Translations under genes and position numbers: made by a program
Origin: an uncultured delta proteobacterium
GTDB taxonomy: Bacteria; Desulfobacterota; Desulfomonilia; Desulfomonilales; Desulfomonilaceae
DNA length: 64,000 bases
Direction of reading: 5' to 3'
Assembly (NCBI GenBank): GCA_963789265.1
Contig: CAWBKB010000006.1
Coordinates: forward strand, 288,001 to 352,000
The notes under the pieces: model-generated
What the model saw: the letters and a program-made list of their open reading frames with translations, nothing else
Databases searched by the model: none
What the model was told of the DNA's origin: nothing
Shown here: in pieces, positions 40,547-50,394 of the stretch
Layout: the number at the start of each line of letters is the position of its first letter
Position numbering within the stretch: the first letter of the stretch is position 1

Positions 40547-41386
40547 CTATTTCTTGTCCTCGTACCAGGCCTGGACCTTGGGTAGGTGTTTAGCTGCTAC
40601 TTGTTGGACGTTAGCCAGGGTTTGGTTCACGTAATCTACCTCCTCTTTCGAGAGGGGTTCCCATTTGATATATTCCATGTTGTTCCACCAATCGTCCTTG
40701 GACTTGATGCAAGGTTTGGTGCTGCCGGGAAAGGCTTGCCACATCGTGGGAGAAGTCCTGAGAAGGGAAGCACGCTGCTCTTGCAGCAGGAAATGATCTC
40801 TATTCTGCTTTCGACTGAAGTAGATGAAATCTCCGGGAGGTCCTATGAGGACCGCCACTCTCGCAGTGCAGTCCGGCATAAAACCTACCCCTGCGCATGC
40901 TGCCCCTATAGTCCCCATGGGACGGGCGTCCATCCGGTACTGGTTCGCCGCCGCGCATGCGTAGTCGCAGGCAGCGGCCCAATCCATGAGCTTCCACGCG
41001 CACGATGGACCGCCCCAAAGTAATCCCATGCCTCCATGCTCTTTGGACCACTTGTTAAATTCTGCGCATGAATCGAAACCACAAGCGCCACAATCCCAGC
41101 CCAGCTCCGACCGGTCCATTTTGGCCCCGATGAGGACGCAACCTAGCGGCGAACCATTCTCTCGGAAGTGCTTCATGGTTCGGTGATCGAAAGCCATGAC
41201 CGGTGATATGGGGGCTAAGGCCCCGGCAAACTCGATAATAGGATCCTGATCCTCATCAGTCAGGATTTCTACCTTGATCTCCAATGTTCCGGTCAACTGC
41301 GGTGCTCTGTAAGCCGCTGCGGCTGCGAGCCTGGTCACTTCCGACACTGCTTCTCGGGCTGCCACCTTACCGTCTATTCTAGCCAT
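40547..41386 (-). CDS. DUF2148-family ferredoxin-domain / nitroreductase-like protein (paralog B)
   Basis: AAYRAP, DCGACGFDSC...GPSC and MDARPMGTIG motifs; 8-bp overlap with the upstream paralog. Confidence 0.75.
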   Translation of the reverse strand: MARIDGKVAAREAVSEVTRLAAAAAYRAPQLTGTLEIKVEILTDEDQDPIIEFAGALAPISPVMAFDHRTMKHFRENGSPLGCVLIGAKMDRSELGWDCGACGFDSCAEFNKWSKEHGGMGLLWGGPSCAWKLMDWAAACDYACAAANQYRMDARPMGTIGAACAGVGFMPDCTARVAVLIGPPGDFIYFSRKQNRDHFLLQEQRASLLRTSPTMWQAFPGSTKPCIKSKDDWWNNMEYIKWEPLSKEEVDYVNQTLANVQQVAAKHLPKVQAWYEDKK

Positions 41387-42173
41387 CGAGATCCTCCTGT
41401 TTCTTCGGGGTTTGAATGCGATAGTCGAAGTTGATCCCTGACGCGGTTTGGCGATTACAAACGAAGTTTTTCCTCGTATTGTCGATCATTTTCTCCATGT
41501 TGATGAGGTGGTAATCAACGTTCACGTCCTGGTACGGGCTCTTGGAGAGAGTCGCCATCGGAAGTCCCACTATAATGGCCGAATCCGAACAGTAACCCAG
41601 CTTCTGTCCCGCCAGTCCCACGCTCATGAACGGTCTGGCATCAACGAGCAGTGTCTGGGCCATCCATATCGCTGATGCCCACGCGTAGCCCAGATCATCG
41701 ACCCGCGCGCCGCATAGCGGCCCCTTTATCGGAGTGGAGCTCCTCTTGTCCGTAATGTCGACCAGGCCTTCTTTTGACTCCCTTCGCGTGTAGAGGAATG
41801 AGCATCCCGCCGGACCGCCGCACAAACCGCAGTTAGCATCGAGAGGCGTCTCGTGTGCACGATAGTTCCCAAGAAACAGAATGACGTCCGACTCCCTCAC
41901 CATGACTGCTTCGTTGAGAAATCGCCTTTTCCACCGGTCGTTGGTGTGCGCCAACTCTTCCATTTTTCTTGCGACCTTTTCCAACTCCTCTTGCCCGTAA
42001 ACGACATGGGCCTGCACCTGCGGAACACCACCAGCCACCGGAGCAGTCAATGCTGCGTTCATGCATAATCGTGCGGCTATGATTGTTGCTTCTCTCCGTC
42101 TAAGGTCCTGCGGAGAATAGCGCGGCCAATCACCCACATGCTCCTCGCCTCTTAATTGGTCAAATCGCTCCAT
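41379..42173 (-). CDS. DUF2148-family ferredoxin-domain / nitroreductase-like protein (paralog A)
   Basis: AALTAPVAGG, NCGLCGGPAGC...GPLC, DLGYA, VDARPFMSVG and KSPYQD; AGGAGG RBS. Confidence 0.8.
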   Translation of the reverse strand: MERFDQLRGEEHVGDWPRYSPQDLRRREATIIAARLCMNAALTAPVAGGVPQVQAHVVYGQEELEKVARKMEELAHTNDRWKRRFLNEAVMVRESDVILFLGNYRAHETPLDANCGLCGGPAGCSFLYTRRESKEGLVDITDKRSSTPIKGPLCGARVDDLGYAWASAIWMAQTLLVDARPFMSVGLAGQKLGYCSDSAIIVGLPMATLSKSPYQDVNVDYHLINMEKMIDNTRKNFVCNRQTASGINFDYRIQTPKKQEDLDG

Positions 42174-42229
42174 AAAAGACCTCCTGAGTTGGGCTGTTAT
42201 AGTGCCGTTAACACTTGTGCGGTCGCCTT

Positions 42230-43411
42230 TCACCTGGTTAGAATGTGGACGCACATTGCCGCGACGTCACCTCCGATTAGGCCGCCGCCGTTGTGTACCA
42301 AACCGACCCGTGCGCCTTCAACCTGGCGCTTACCGGCTCGTCCTCGCAACTGCGTCACGATTTCGTAAACCATCGCCAACCCTGTGGCTCCAACCGGGTG
42401 CCCCTTCGATTCAAGCCCTCCACTTGGGTTTATTGGAATGCTTCCTCCTATTTCGGTCCGTCCTTGATCTATGAATCTCCAAGCTTCGCCCTTCCGGCAG
42501 AAGCCGATTTCTTCGAAATAGAGCAATTCCGCTGGCGAGAATGCGCTGTGAATTTCTGCGAGGTCCACATCTTCCGGGCCGATGCCCGCGAGTTCAAAGG
42601 CTTGTCGAGCTGCCATTTGGGTTGCGCTCGGCTTCTCAACGTCGATGCGCATGTCCTGATAGCCTCCCGAAGCCATGCCTATTGCGGCTATCCGGACCGG
42701 GTCTGAACGATACCTTTTCGCAATCTCTTCAGCGCACAGGATTGCGGCGGCGGCTCCGTCACCGATAGGGGAACACATATACAGGGTAATGGGATCGGCT
42801 ATCATCTTCGAGTTCAGCACATCCTCTACGGTCAACATGTGCTGAATCTGGGCATGGGGATTGAGGCAGCCGTTCTTATGATTCTTGACCGAAACCTTTG
42901 CGAAGTGTTCTCTCGTGCAGCCTGTTTCATACATGTATCTCTTGGCGTCCATGGCGTACAGACCGGGAAAGAACACCCCCATGTTACCCTCGATTTCCAC
43001 GTCGGTGCATGTTGCGAGCGCGCGAGTGGTTTTGGCGGTGTCTCCGACGTAAAGTTTCTCGAAGCCGACGGCCAGTGCCACGTCGCAAAAGCCCGAAGCT
43101 ATCGCCAGCCACGCTTCCCTCAACGCTGTTGAGGCCGAAGCGCAAGCATTGGGAGTATTGATGATGGCTTTGCCGGCGAGCCCCGCTTCCCGCATCACTA
43201 CCTGGCCTCGTACGTCTTCCTGACCTGAGAGGAGGCCATCTACAGCATTGCCGCAGTAGATGGCCTCAATGTCTTCGGGCCGTACGCCCGCGTCCTTGAT
43301 GGCTCCCCAGGTTGCCTCACAGGCAAGATCCTTAGTCTTCCTGCCTGCATGCTTCCCAAATTTGGTCATACTGACGCCGACAATTGAAACCTGCCTGGCC
43401 AATGCACCCAT
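42230..43411 (-). CDS. SCP2/SCPx-type thiolase family protein
   Basis: NACASAS, CSPIGDGAAA, AEIHSAF, NPSGGLESKGHPVGATG and HNGGG motifs. Confidence 0.9.
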   Translation of the reverse strand: MGALARQVSIVGVSMTKFGKHAGRKTKDLACEATWGAIKDAGVRPEDIEAIYCGNAVDGLLSGQEDVRGQVVMREAGLAGKAIINTPNACASASTALREAWLAIASGFCDVALAVGFEKLYVGDTAKTTRALATCTDVEIEGNMGVFFPGLYAMDAKRYMYETGCTREHFAKVSVKNHKNGCLNPHAQIQHMLTVEDVLNSKMIADPITLYMCSPIGDGAAAAILCAEEIAKRYRSDPVRIAAIGMASGGYQDMRIDVEKPSATQMAARQAFELAGIGPEDVDLAEIHSAFSPAELLYFEEIGFCRKGEAWRFIDQGRTEIGGSIPINPSGGLESKGHPVGATGLAMVYEIVTQLRGRAGKRQVEGARVGLVHNGGGLIGGDVAAMCVHILTR

Positions 43412-43421
43412 CTAAAACCTC

Positions 43422-43859
43422 TCAGTGTGGCTCTCCGTCTTCTCTTCGGGGCCTGAAAGCATACCCTATCAGTTCGCTCCCATCTTCCGCCCTATGGAGA
43501 GCTTGGAAGACGATTTCCATTTCCATGCCGATGTGGAGAGATTCCTCGCGCGGCTCGCATCCTGTGATTACCGAAAAGATTCTCACCTTTTCCGGTAAAT
43601 CGATCTTGCCCGTCACATAAGGTGCCTCAAATCCCGTCGGAGCCACCTGGTTGACGGAGTACGCATAGAGGGTGCCTCTCTTGCTCAAAGCGATTTCTCT
43701 TGCCGAGTCCTGCGCCAAGCAGTGGGGGCACACCAGCCGTTTGGGAAACACTATCGCATGACATTCGGAGCATTTCCCGCCTAGCAAGAATCCGCGCTCC
43801 AAGGAATCGTCCGGTAAAGCAAAGAGCCCGTCGGCAACTTTCTTGAATGTGTGAGTCAT
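43422..43859 (-). CDS. DUF35 family (Zn-ribbon + OB-fold) thiolase partner
   Basis: CSEC...FPKRLVCPHC, GTLYAYS, PYVTG and IGMEME motifs. Confidence 0.9.
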   Translation of the reverse strand: MTHTFKKVADGLFALPDDSLERGFLLGGKCSECHAIVFPKRLVCPHCLAQDSAREIALSKRGTLYAYSVNQVAPTGFEAPYVTGKIDLPEKVRIFSVITGCEPREESLHIGMEMEIVFQALHRAEDGSELIGYAFRPRREDGEPH

Positions 43860-43961
43860 CTCGACCACCTTTGAGTCCTGGCTGCAAAGGATTAATTCAC
43901 CTTGTGGCATTCATGACGGAGCTGGACCGGAAGTGAATCCTGCAGGCTCAGGCCGTCTCCC

Positions 43962-45329
43962 TCAGAGTTTGTACAGTTCCTCTATGAATTTTGTCTTCTT
44001 ACTCGACCGCTCAAGGGTGTTTGGCGCCACCCAGGTAATTGCGGGCTGGATCTTCAGATACAGATGCATGTCCTCGAGGATTTCTACTTCGAGCCTAGCA
44101 AGATCTTCGCGGGCAGTGCCCTCACCATATTCCACCTTTAGCTTTAAGGGCGGAACCACCCGCGGGGGCGGCTCCTCAAGAAGGATCTTGAAGGCTCCTG
44201 TAACGCGTGGGACGAACGACTGAATGACCCCCTGAATGCCCGCGGGATAGACGGGCACACCCTTTACTTTGAGCATGTCGTCTGCACGGCCGACGACCTT
44301 GTACCGTAATCCGCTGAGGCCGCAAGGACACGGCTCGGTGAAGACCTGGTGAATATCGTTCAGAGTATAGCGGAGACTCCAGAAGAAGTGGCCGTGTTGG
44401 GGCTCAAGCGGGGTGAAGACCGCCAATCCTGTAGCCCCGTTCTCCAGAGGGATCGGTTGCTTCGTTTCGGGGTCTATTAGTTCATAGTAGCAGTAGTCAT
44501 CGGCCACCCAGTGCATGCCCTGGTACACGGGATGGTCGCACGATATTCCGTACCCGGCCCCTATATCGACCGCTTTGGCCCCGTACTCCGTCTCCAGTCG
44601 TTGTCTTACCTCGGGTATTCCAGCGCCCGGTTCGGCGCCGCATATGAGAACGCGGAATCCAAGGGAGCTGATTGGTTCTCTGAGGACCTCCTGGCTTCGT
44701 TCGATGAGGTGGAGAGCAAGCGAGGGGGTCCCGGTAAATATGGTAGGTTTGAACGCTTTGAAAAGGTGCAGCAGCCGCTCCGTTCCCGCCTCCGCGCCCA
44801 TGGGGATGATTTTTAGTCCGGGAATGCCGCGATACCAGAACATCTGGGGTGTGCCGGCCGCATGCATACTGAGCCCAAAGCAAATTGCCAGCCTGTCTCC
44901 CGGGCGAATACCCGCTCTCCAACCCATACGGCCAAAGATGTCCGCAACTCGGTCAAGGCCGCTCTTGAAAAGGGGATAAGGCGTCGGAATGCCCGTCGTT
45001 CCGGAGGTGGACGTCAGAAGGAAAAGATCGTTCCATCGCTCCGGGCCGAACAGGTCTTCATAAACCTTAGGTAAATCAAGGCCGCCTTCATCCATTGCTT
45101 CGCGGTAATCGGTTTGGCTGATGGGCGGGATAGCCCGTGCAAAATCTTCAAATGAGCGTATGTCTTCAGGTCGAACGCCGGCCCGCGCCATGCGCCTCCT
45201 TTCGAAAGGGACCTTGTCGTAGAAGAAACTGATCGCCTGAGTGAGGCTCTTCCACTGCATTTCACGCATCTGGGGAGTGTTCAGCAACAGTTCCATTTCT
45301 GGATTGAAATATGCTGAGCCTTTTTCCAT
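43962..45329 (-). CDS. Phenylacetate-CoA-ligase-like (PaaK family) CoA ligase
   Basis: STSGTTGIP, GAEPG, GRADDMLKVKGVPVYP. Start at MEKG after GGAGGA, downstream of the sigma54 promoter. Confidence 0.9.
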   Translation of the reverse strand: MEKGSAYFNPEMELLLNTPQMREMQWKSLTQAISFFYDKVPFERRRMARAGVRPEDIRSFEDFARAIPPISQTDYREAMDEGGLDLPKVYEDLFGPERWNDLFLLTSTSGTTGIPTPYPLFKSGLDRVADIFGRMGWRAGIRPGDRLAICFGLSMHAAGTPQMFWYRGIPGLKIIPMGAEAGTERLLHLFKAFKPTIFTGTPSLALHLIERSQEVLREPISSLGFRVLICGAEPGAGIPEVRQRLETEYGAKAVDIGAGYGISCDHPVYQGMHWVADDYCYYELIDPETKQPIPLENGATGLAVFTPLEPQHGHFFWSLRYTLNDIHQVFTEPCPCGLSGLRYKVVGRADDMLKVKGVPVYPAGIQGVIQSFVPRVTGAFKILLEEPPPRVVPPLKLKVEYGEGTAREDLARLEVEILEDMHLYLKIQPAITWVAPNTLERSSKKTKFIEELYKL

Positions 45330-45402
45330 GCTTTCCTCCAGGAGCCCTAGAACCCTGCCGTCAATACCAGAAGGGAATGTTCGGTCGACTCCACGCTGGA
45401 AA

Positions 45403-45418
45403 TGCAATGCGTGTGCCA
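45403..45418 (-). promoter_or_regulatory. Sigma54 (-24/-12) promoter
   Basis: TGGCACACGCATTGCA, exact GG-N10-GC spacing, about 75 bp upstream of the ligase start and adjacent to an NtrC-type activator gene. Confidence 0.85.
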
Positions 45419-45832
45419 TAGACGTACCGGTCATGTCATAAAGCGTAGTCCGGGCTACAACGTGCCTTCATAGAATTGACCAATCAGGCCACCATTGCCG
45501 ATTTTATGTCGATCAAGTAAATTGGCGGTGACCGCCGGTAAGGTCACGGTTTACCCCGGCCGAGAGCTTAGTCGCAATTTGAAGGGGGATGGATTTGAGT
45601 TCCAGACAGATGGTTAAATGCAGGTGCTCGATCAGGCCGGCATGGCCTTCTCCCTCTTCCGGACCTCCTCGCGAGCGGAGGCCGACGATGGAGGGCAAGG
45701 CCAGGTAGGTAAAGTGGTCGGATGGGCGCTCATCGGAAAGTGAGGACTAGTGGGAACTAATCTGTATTTCGTGTTCCAACATCAAATGCTGTTTCTTGGA
45801 GCGCCCGATTCGTGGATCGAAGGGATGGTCAA

Positions 45833-45868
45833 TTTGCAAGATTGCGAGAGGTTTTGCAGAGTTGCGAA
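45833..45868. promoter_or_regulatory. Putative tandem enhancer (UAS) sites
   Basis: TTTGCAAGATTGCGAG and TTTGCAGAGTTGCGAA, near-palindromes offset by 20 bp. Confidence 0.45.
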
Positions 45869-45890
45869 ATTCCTGGAATGTCAATGCTTT

Positions 45891-47282
45891 TCATCCTTTG
45901 AAAGATATTCCCAAGGCATTGAGTTTCCTATAGATCGTTGACACATGAACGCCGCTCCGTTCCGCGGCCTGAGACAAGTCTCCACTGGTTTCCTCCAGCA
46001 ATCTGGAAAAATACCGCTCCTCGAAAAGCTTCTTGGCAAGTTCGTAGGTCGTATGAAAGAGATCTTCCTCTTTGCTCTCCCCCTTGTCCTGGGTATACTT
46101 CGATAGATCGCGTGCAGTGACTACGTCTTCAGCATGCAGAGCCACAATCCTTTCGACGAGATTCTTAAGTTCGCGGACATTGCCCGGCCAGCTCCGTCTG
46201 AGAAGACAAGACTCGGCTTCATCAGTGAGCACTTTCTTGTCCACCCCCATTCTCTTGCAAGTTTTGTCAAAGAAATGCCTTGCGAGAATGGGAATATCTT
46301 CCTTTCTTTCCCTGAGAGGAGGGAGAGTGACTTTTATAACGTTGATTCTATAATAAAGGTCTCTTCTGAATCGTCCCTCAAGGACTTCTTGTCCCAGATC
46401 CTTGTTCGTGGCGAAGATTAGCCGCACGTCGGTGGCGATTCGTTTCGTGCTGCCCACCCGGTATATTTCCCCGTCCTCCACTGCCCTTAGGATCTTAGTT
46501 TGAACACTCATAGGGGCGTCACCGATTTCGTCAAGAAACAGCGTGCCTCCTTGGGCTTCCTCGAAAAAGCCGCGGGTTACTCGCGAAGCCCCTGTGAATG
46601 CTCCCTTCTCGTAGCCAAACAACGCGCTTTCCAGGAGCGACTCAGGCAGAGCAGCACAGTTGATGGGAATGAACGCTTTTGCACTCCTGTCGCTCAGCGC
46701 ATGAGTGGCCTCGGCAACCAGCTCCTTACCCGTTCCGCTTTCACCTTCTATGAGGATATGACTGCCCACGACGGCGACTTTCCTGATTATCTCGAGCACG
46801 TGCTGCATGGCCGTGGAAGTGCCTATAATATTTTGGACGACCCTGCGGGAGTGGAGCTGTGTCTTGAGCAACCGGTTTTCGTCGACTAGACGACGGTGTT
46901 CCAGGGCATTCTTGATAGAGATTTTGATCTTGTGAACGTCGTCAAACGGTTTTGTAAAGAAATCAAAGGCTCCCGTTTTCATAGCGCTTACAGCATCGTC
47001 AATTGATCCGTAAGCCGTGATCATGATGACCGGTGTGAGATAATTTTGGGACCGGATAATTTTCAGCAATTCAAGTCCGTTTCCGTCAGGAAGGCGGACA
47101 TCCAGGATGATCAGGTCAGGCGGTCCTTCCGAGTTCAGGTAGTCTGTGAAGGCTCGCGAGGTGTCAACCGAGACGTAGCCGTACCCTTCGCCTTGGAGGA
47201 CTGTCTCAAAATAACGCCTCGTAAAAGGCTCGTCGTCTACAACAAGCACTCTAGGAGAAGGTGCCTGGTCAACAGTGCTCAT
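45891..47282 (-). CDS. Sigma54-dependent response regulator (REC-AAA+-HTH)
   Basis: [33 protein letters not shown] and a C-terminal Fis-like HTH. Confidence 0.96.
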   Translation of the reverse strand: MSTVDQAPSPRVLVVDDEPFTRRYFETVLQGEGYGYVSVDTSRAFTDYLNSEGPPDLIILDVRLPDGNGLELLKIIRSQNYLTPVIMITAYGSIDDAVSAMKTGAFDFFTKPFDDVHKIKISIKNALEHRRLVDENRLLKTQLHSRRVVQNIIGTSTAMQHVLEIIRKVAVVGSHILIEGESGTGKELVAEATHALSDRSAKAFIPINCAALPESLLESALFGYEKGAFTGASRVTRGFFEEAQGGTLFLDEIGDAPMSVQTKILRAVEDGEIYRVGSTKRIATDVRLIFATNKDLGQEVLEGRFRRDLYYRINVIKVTLPPLRERKEDIPILARHFFDKTCKRMGVDKKVLTDEAESCLLRRSWPGNVRELKNLVERIVALHAEDVVTARDLSKYTQDKGESKEEDLFHTTYELAKKLFEERYFSRLLEETSGDLSQAAERSGVHVSTIYRKLNALGISFKG

Positions 47283-48761
47283 TTGTCTTGCCTCTCATGC
47301 CAGCTTGGCAAGGTGATGAGAAAGGTGGTGCCGGCACTTTCCGACGAAACGACAGAGATCTCTCCTGAATGGCTCTTAATAACCCGGTAAGCGAAGCTGA
47401 GCCCTAAGCCCGCCCCCGAGCCTTTTTTGGTCGAGAAGAAGGGGTCAAAAATCCTTTCCCGGTTCTCACTTGGAATACCGATACCCGTGTCAGACACAGA
47501 AATCCTGATTTTTTGTCGGATTGTGTCGACACCAGCCTCGACAGTCAAGGTCCCACCTTCGGGCATTGCCTGCACAGCGTTGACAAGTACGTTTCTGAAG
47601 GCTTCCCGGAGTTGCAGAGAGTCCCCTCTAAGTGCGGGAAGAGAGTCATCCAATGCTTTGATTAATCTCACCCGGCTGAACCGGTCTCTCTGCTCATTGA
47701 GAGCAACTTCCAGCGCGCTTTCGAGGATCTCGCGCAGGTCTACTGTGTGAAACGTGCTTCTCGGTTCCCGCAGGCTCTTAATCATGGTCGCAAGCATCGT
47801 ATGGCACTTGCGGGCAGCCTCGTGGATCGTGTCCACAAGAGCTCTGTTTGGATCCTGTGGATTCATCCTTTCCAACAGGAGATAAGAGAAGTTAGCCACG
47901 CCTACCAGCGGGTTGTTCAACTGGTGTGCTATTCCGGCCATCAGCTCGGAGTAGATAGCGAGCTTCTCAGACAAGGCGAGTTTTTCTTCCATGGCCCTTT
48001 CCCACGTCATGTCAGTCAAAAGGAACAATTTCGCCTGCACCTGGTCGTTTTTTCCCAGGATGTCTCTCACGTACATCCGCGCGGGGAAAGGCTCACCGTT
48101 TTCGCGTTCGCAAGTCACTTCTACCGGTTCTCCACTGAGAGCGATGGATAACCACAGGTCCAGTTTCGGAGGCTCTTTGAGGGTAAACGACACATGTCGG
48201 CCCACAAAATACTCCCGACCATATAGAAATGCCTCCTCGGCGGTCTTGTTAGCCGATTGTATGATGCCACTCTGGTCGGTGGTGATGACGACATTGGGCG
48301 AGGAATCAATCAAATTTGTCAGAAAGTTGTTGGACTCGGCCAATTGGCGGGAGAGTTCCTGGATGTCTCTCTTGTCTTGCTGCATTTCGCTGGAGACGTC
48401 GTGCATGAGCACGAAACCAGCTTTCCCGGAGAGTGCTGCACCCCGAGAAAGTGCTGATACCTTCTCGTCATAGTACCTGAGGATACACTTCATGTACGGT
48501 CGATTGAAACGGTTTCTCGTTTTGTAGCAGTTGCCAATAGTCACCCATGATGCCCTGCTCGAAAAGCCTGTCCCACTTCTCGTGGAAATAGCTTCCAAGG
48601 ACCATTTCCCGCCTGATTCTGGAAATTTCCTCTTGCCACCGATTCATCATGAGGATTCTTCCCTCTGAGTCAGTAACTATGATACCCGTTGGGATGTTTT
48701 CGATAATGTTTTCGAGGAAAGCGATCCGTGCTCGAAGATCGTCTATAGTTCTCTTGCTCAT
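47279..48761 (-). CDS. Cytoplasmic double-PAS sensor histidine kinase (apparent +1 frameshift near 48476)
   Basis: PAS1 in ORF 48468-48776 joins the PAS2/HisKA (IAHQLNNPL)/HATPase (NAVQA, DTGIG, PFFSTK, GLGL) frame through YPQ|YYDEK; 4-bp overlap with the regulator. Confidence 0.85.
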
Positions 48762-49320
48762 GAAAGGATCCCTCACTCGTAGGCATCACGGCAAATCGAT
48801 GGCGAACTAAACACAAACAGCTCAACCCGGTCCTGACAGGTGCAACATGTAGGCCAGTCGATCGCCATGCTGGTTTCTCATAGCCGGAGAGAGATCTGCC
48901 TATCGTCGTACAAGGGAATCGACCCGCAGATGCAAACCATGTTTCCGGGACCATACTACAGGCATTAGAGTGCGGGCAAGGTTACGAAGATCGCTCTCGA
49001 ACAGTTTGTGGGCCTGAGCGCTTTCGATCACGTGCAATCAACATGAGCCTGCCCGGCTTTGAAGTTCAATTAACGGTCATACCTCAGAGGAGGCCTCCAG
49101 TAGACCGCGATAGCGGCTTGTGGGCCTGGAATTGGCGCCTTGGGTAAAGGGAATCGGGGCTAAACGATAAAGGCAACCGGGGTATTGCAGGGACCTTGGA
49201 GGCAATGACTGCTGGATTCGTCAGAATCATACTGTTATGCTTGTGCTGGACGGTTAATGGTCCTTACGGCTGCCAGATTAATTTCGCCTAAGAATCCGAT
49301 TCGATGAGTGAGACGTCACG

Positions 49321-50028
49321 TTGAGACGACGAAATAAGAAACCGACCAACTGGTGGACGGGGCGCGTGCGATCTGCGGACGTGGGAGCAAGACTCCGACT
49401 AGTGCCTTATTGGGAAAGAGGGGTCACCAAATCCGACCGGATTGAGCTAATTATTGATCCTGGCCCGTCCTTTGGTGCAGGCGATCACCCCACCACCGTC
49501 ATGGCTCTCGAACTACTGGAAGTTGCGATAAGCGCAGTAAAAGATCGGGGAAACTCAGCTACCATGCTGGATGTGGGCACAGGCACCGGGGTTCTTGCCA
49601 TTGCTGGCATAGCGCTCGGTGCACGCCTGGCCATCGGGCTCGACGTCGATCCCGCGGCCGTGTTTGTTGCGCGGCGCAACGTCGCTCTGAATAGCGCTTC
49701 TAATCTGATGCCCGAAGGGGCCGACTCTTCCATCCACATGTTCGTGGGTGAATCTGAGGCCGTCAAGGGCCGTTTCGACATTGTTATCGCGAACCTGGCG
49801 GCTCCGACACTCCTGAACGTCCTCGACAGCATTGCAGCCGCGGCCCACCCATTTGTGATTTTATCCGGTATTGCAGACGCGATGGCAGAGGAGGTTGTCC
49901 GAAGCTACAGTGCAGCAGGCTGCAGACCTACAATCTTCAGACAACGTGACGGGTGGAATGCGGTGCTGTTCAAGAAGAGCGGTTTCACGGAGCCCGTGGC
50001 GGAAATAAGTGCTCCAGGACCGGACTGA
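49321..50028 (+). CDS. PrmA-like SAM-dependent methyltransferase (short form)
   Basis: IDPGPSFGAGDHPTT, LDVGTGTGVLAI, IANL and ILSGI motifs; N-terminal domain appears absent; start uncertain. Confidence 0.8.
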   Translation: MRRRNKKPTNWWTGRVRSADVGARLRLVPYWERGVTKSDRIELIIDPGPSFGAGDHPTTVMALELLEVAISAVKDRGNSATMLDVGTGTGVLAIAGIALGARLAIGLDVDPAAVFVARRNVALNSASNLMPEGADSSIHMFVGESEAVKGRFDIVIANLAAPTLLNVLDSIAAAAHPFVILSGIADAMAEEVVRSYSAAGCRPTIFRQRDGWNAVLFKKSGFTEPVAEISAPGPD

Positions 50029-50056
50029 ATCAAGGGGCTCTTCAAAATACAAATCG

Positions 50057-50089
50057 AGAAGGGAGGGAACATGTGGCCCCTCCTTCCTC
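50057..50089. terminator. Hairpin between the convergent methyltransferase gene and dsrD
   Basis: GAGAAGGGAGGG...CCCTCCTTCCTC imperfect inverted repeat. Confidence 0.4.
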
Positions 50090-50136
50090 GATTCAGTGAC
50101 CGAAAACGCTATACTAAGGCAGGGAAATGGAGATCG

Positions 50137-50373
50137 TCAGTCTTCTTCAGTATGCTGCTTGCCCATGCCTTTGAGTCCAATGAGAGTCGTGCTTCCGCTG
50201 GACCAATATTCCAGAGTGCCTTCCTGGACCATCTTGTTGACTATGTTCTTCACTTCCCGTGGCTTCATGTCAGTCACAATCGCGTAGAAGTCCTTCAGAT
50301 AGAACTTCGACTTGGCTTTGGATTTCCCTTGCAGGGTTTCCAATATCAGTTTCTTGGCTTCATCTTCGGTCAT
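50137..50373 (-). CDS. dsrD: Dissimilatory sulfite reductase D
   Basis: KSKFYLKDF...LEYWSSGST motif; directly downstream of dsrB. Confidence 0.95.
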   Translation of the reverse strand: MTEDEAKKLILETLQGKSKAKSKFYLKDFYAIVTDMKPREVKNIVNKMVQEGTLEYWSSGSTTLIGLKGMGKQHTEED

Positions 50374-50394
50374 GGAAAAACTCCTCTTGACCAG

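Noticed and set aside
49145..49200. Cobalamin riboswitch (AAAGGGAATC start)
   Set aside because: Lacks the GCCACTG and AGYCAG...GACC elements.
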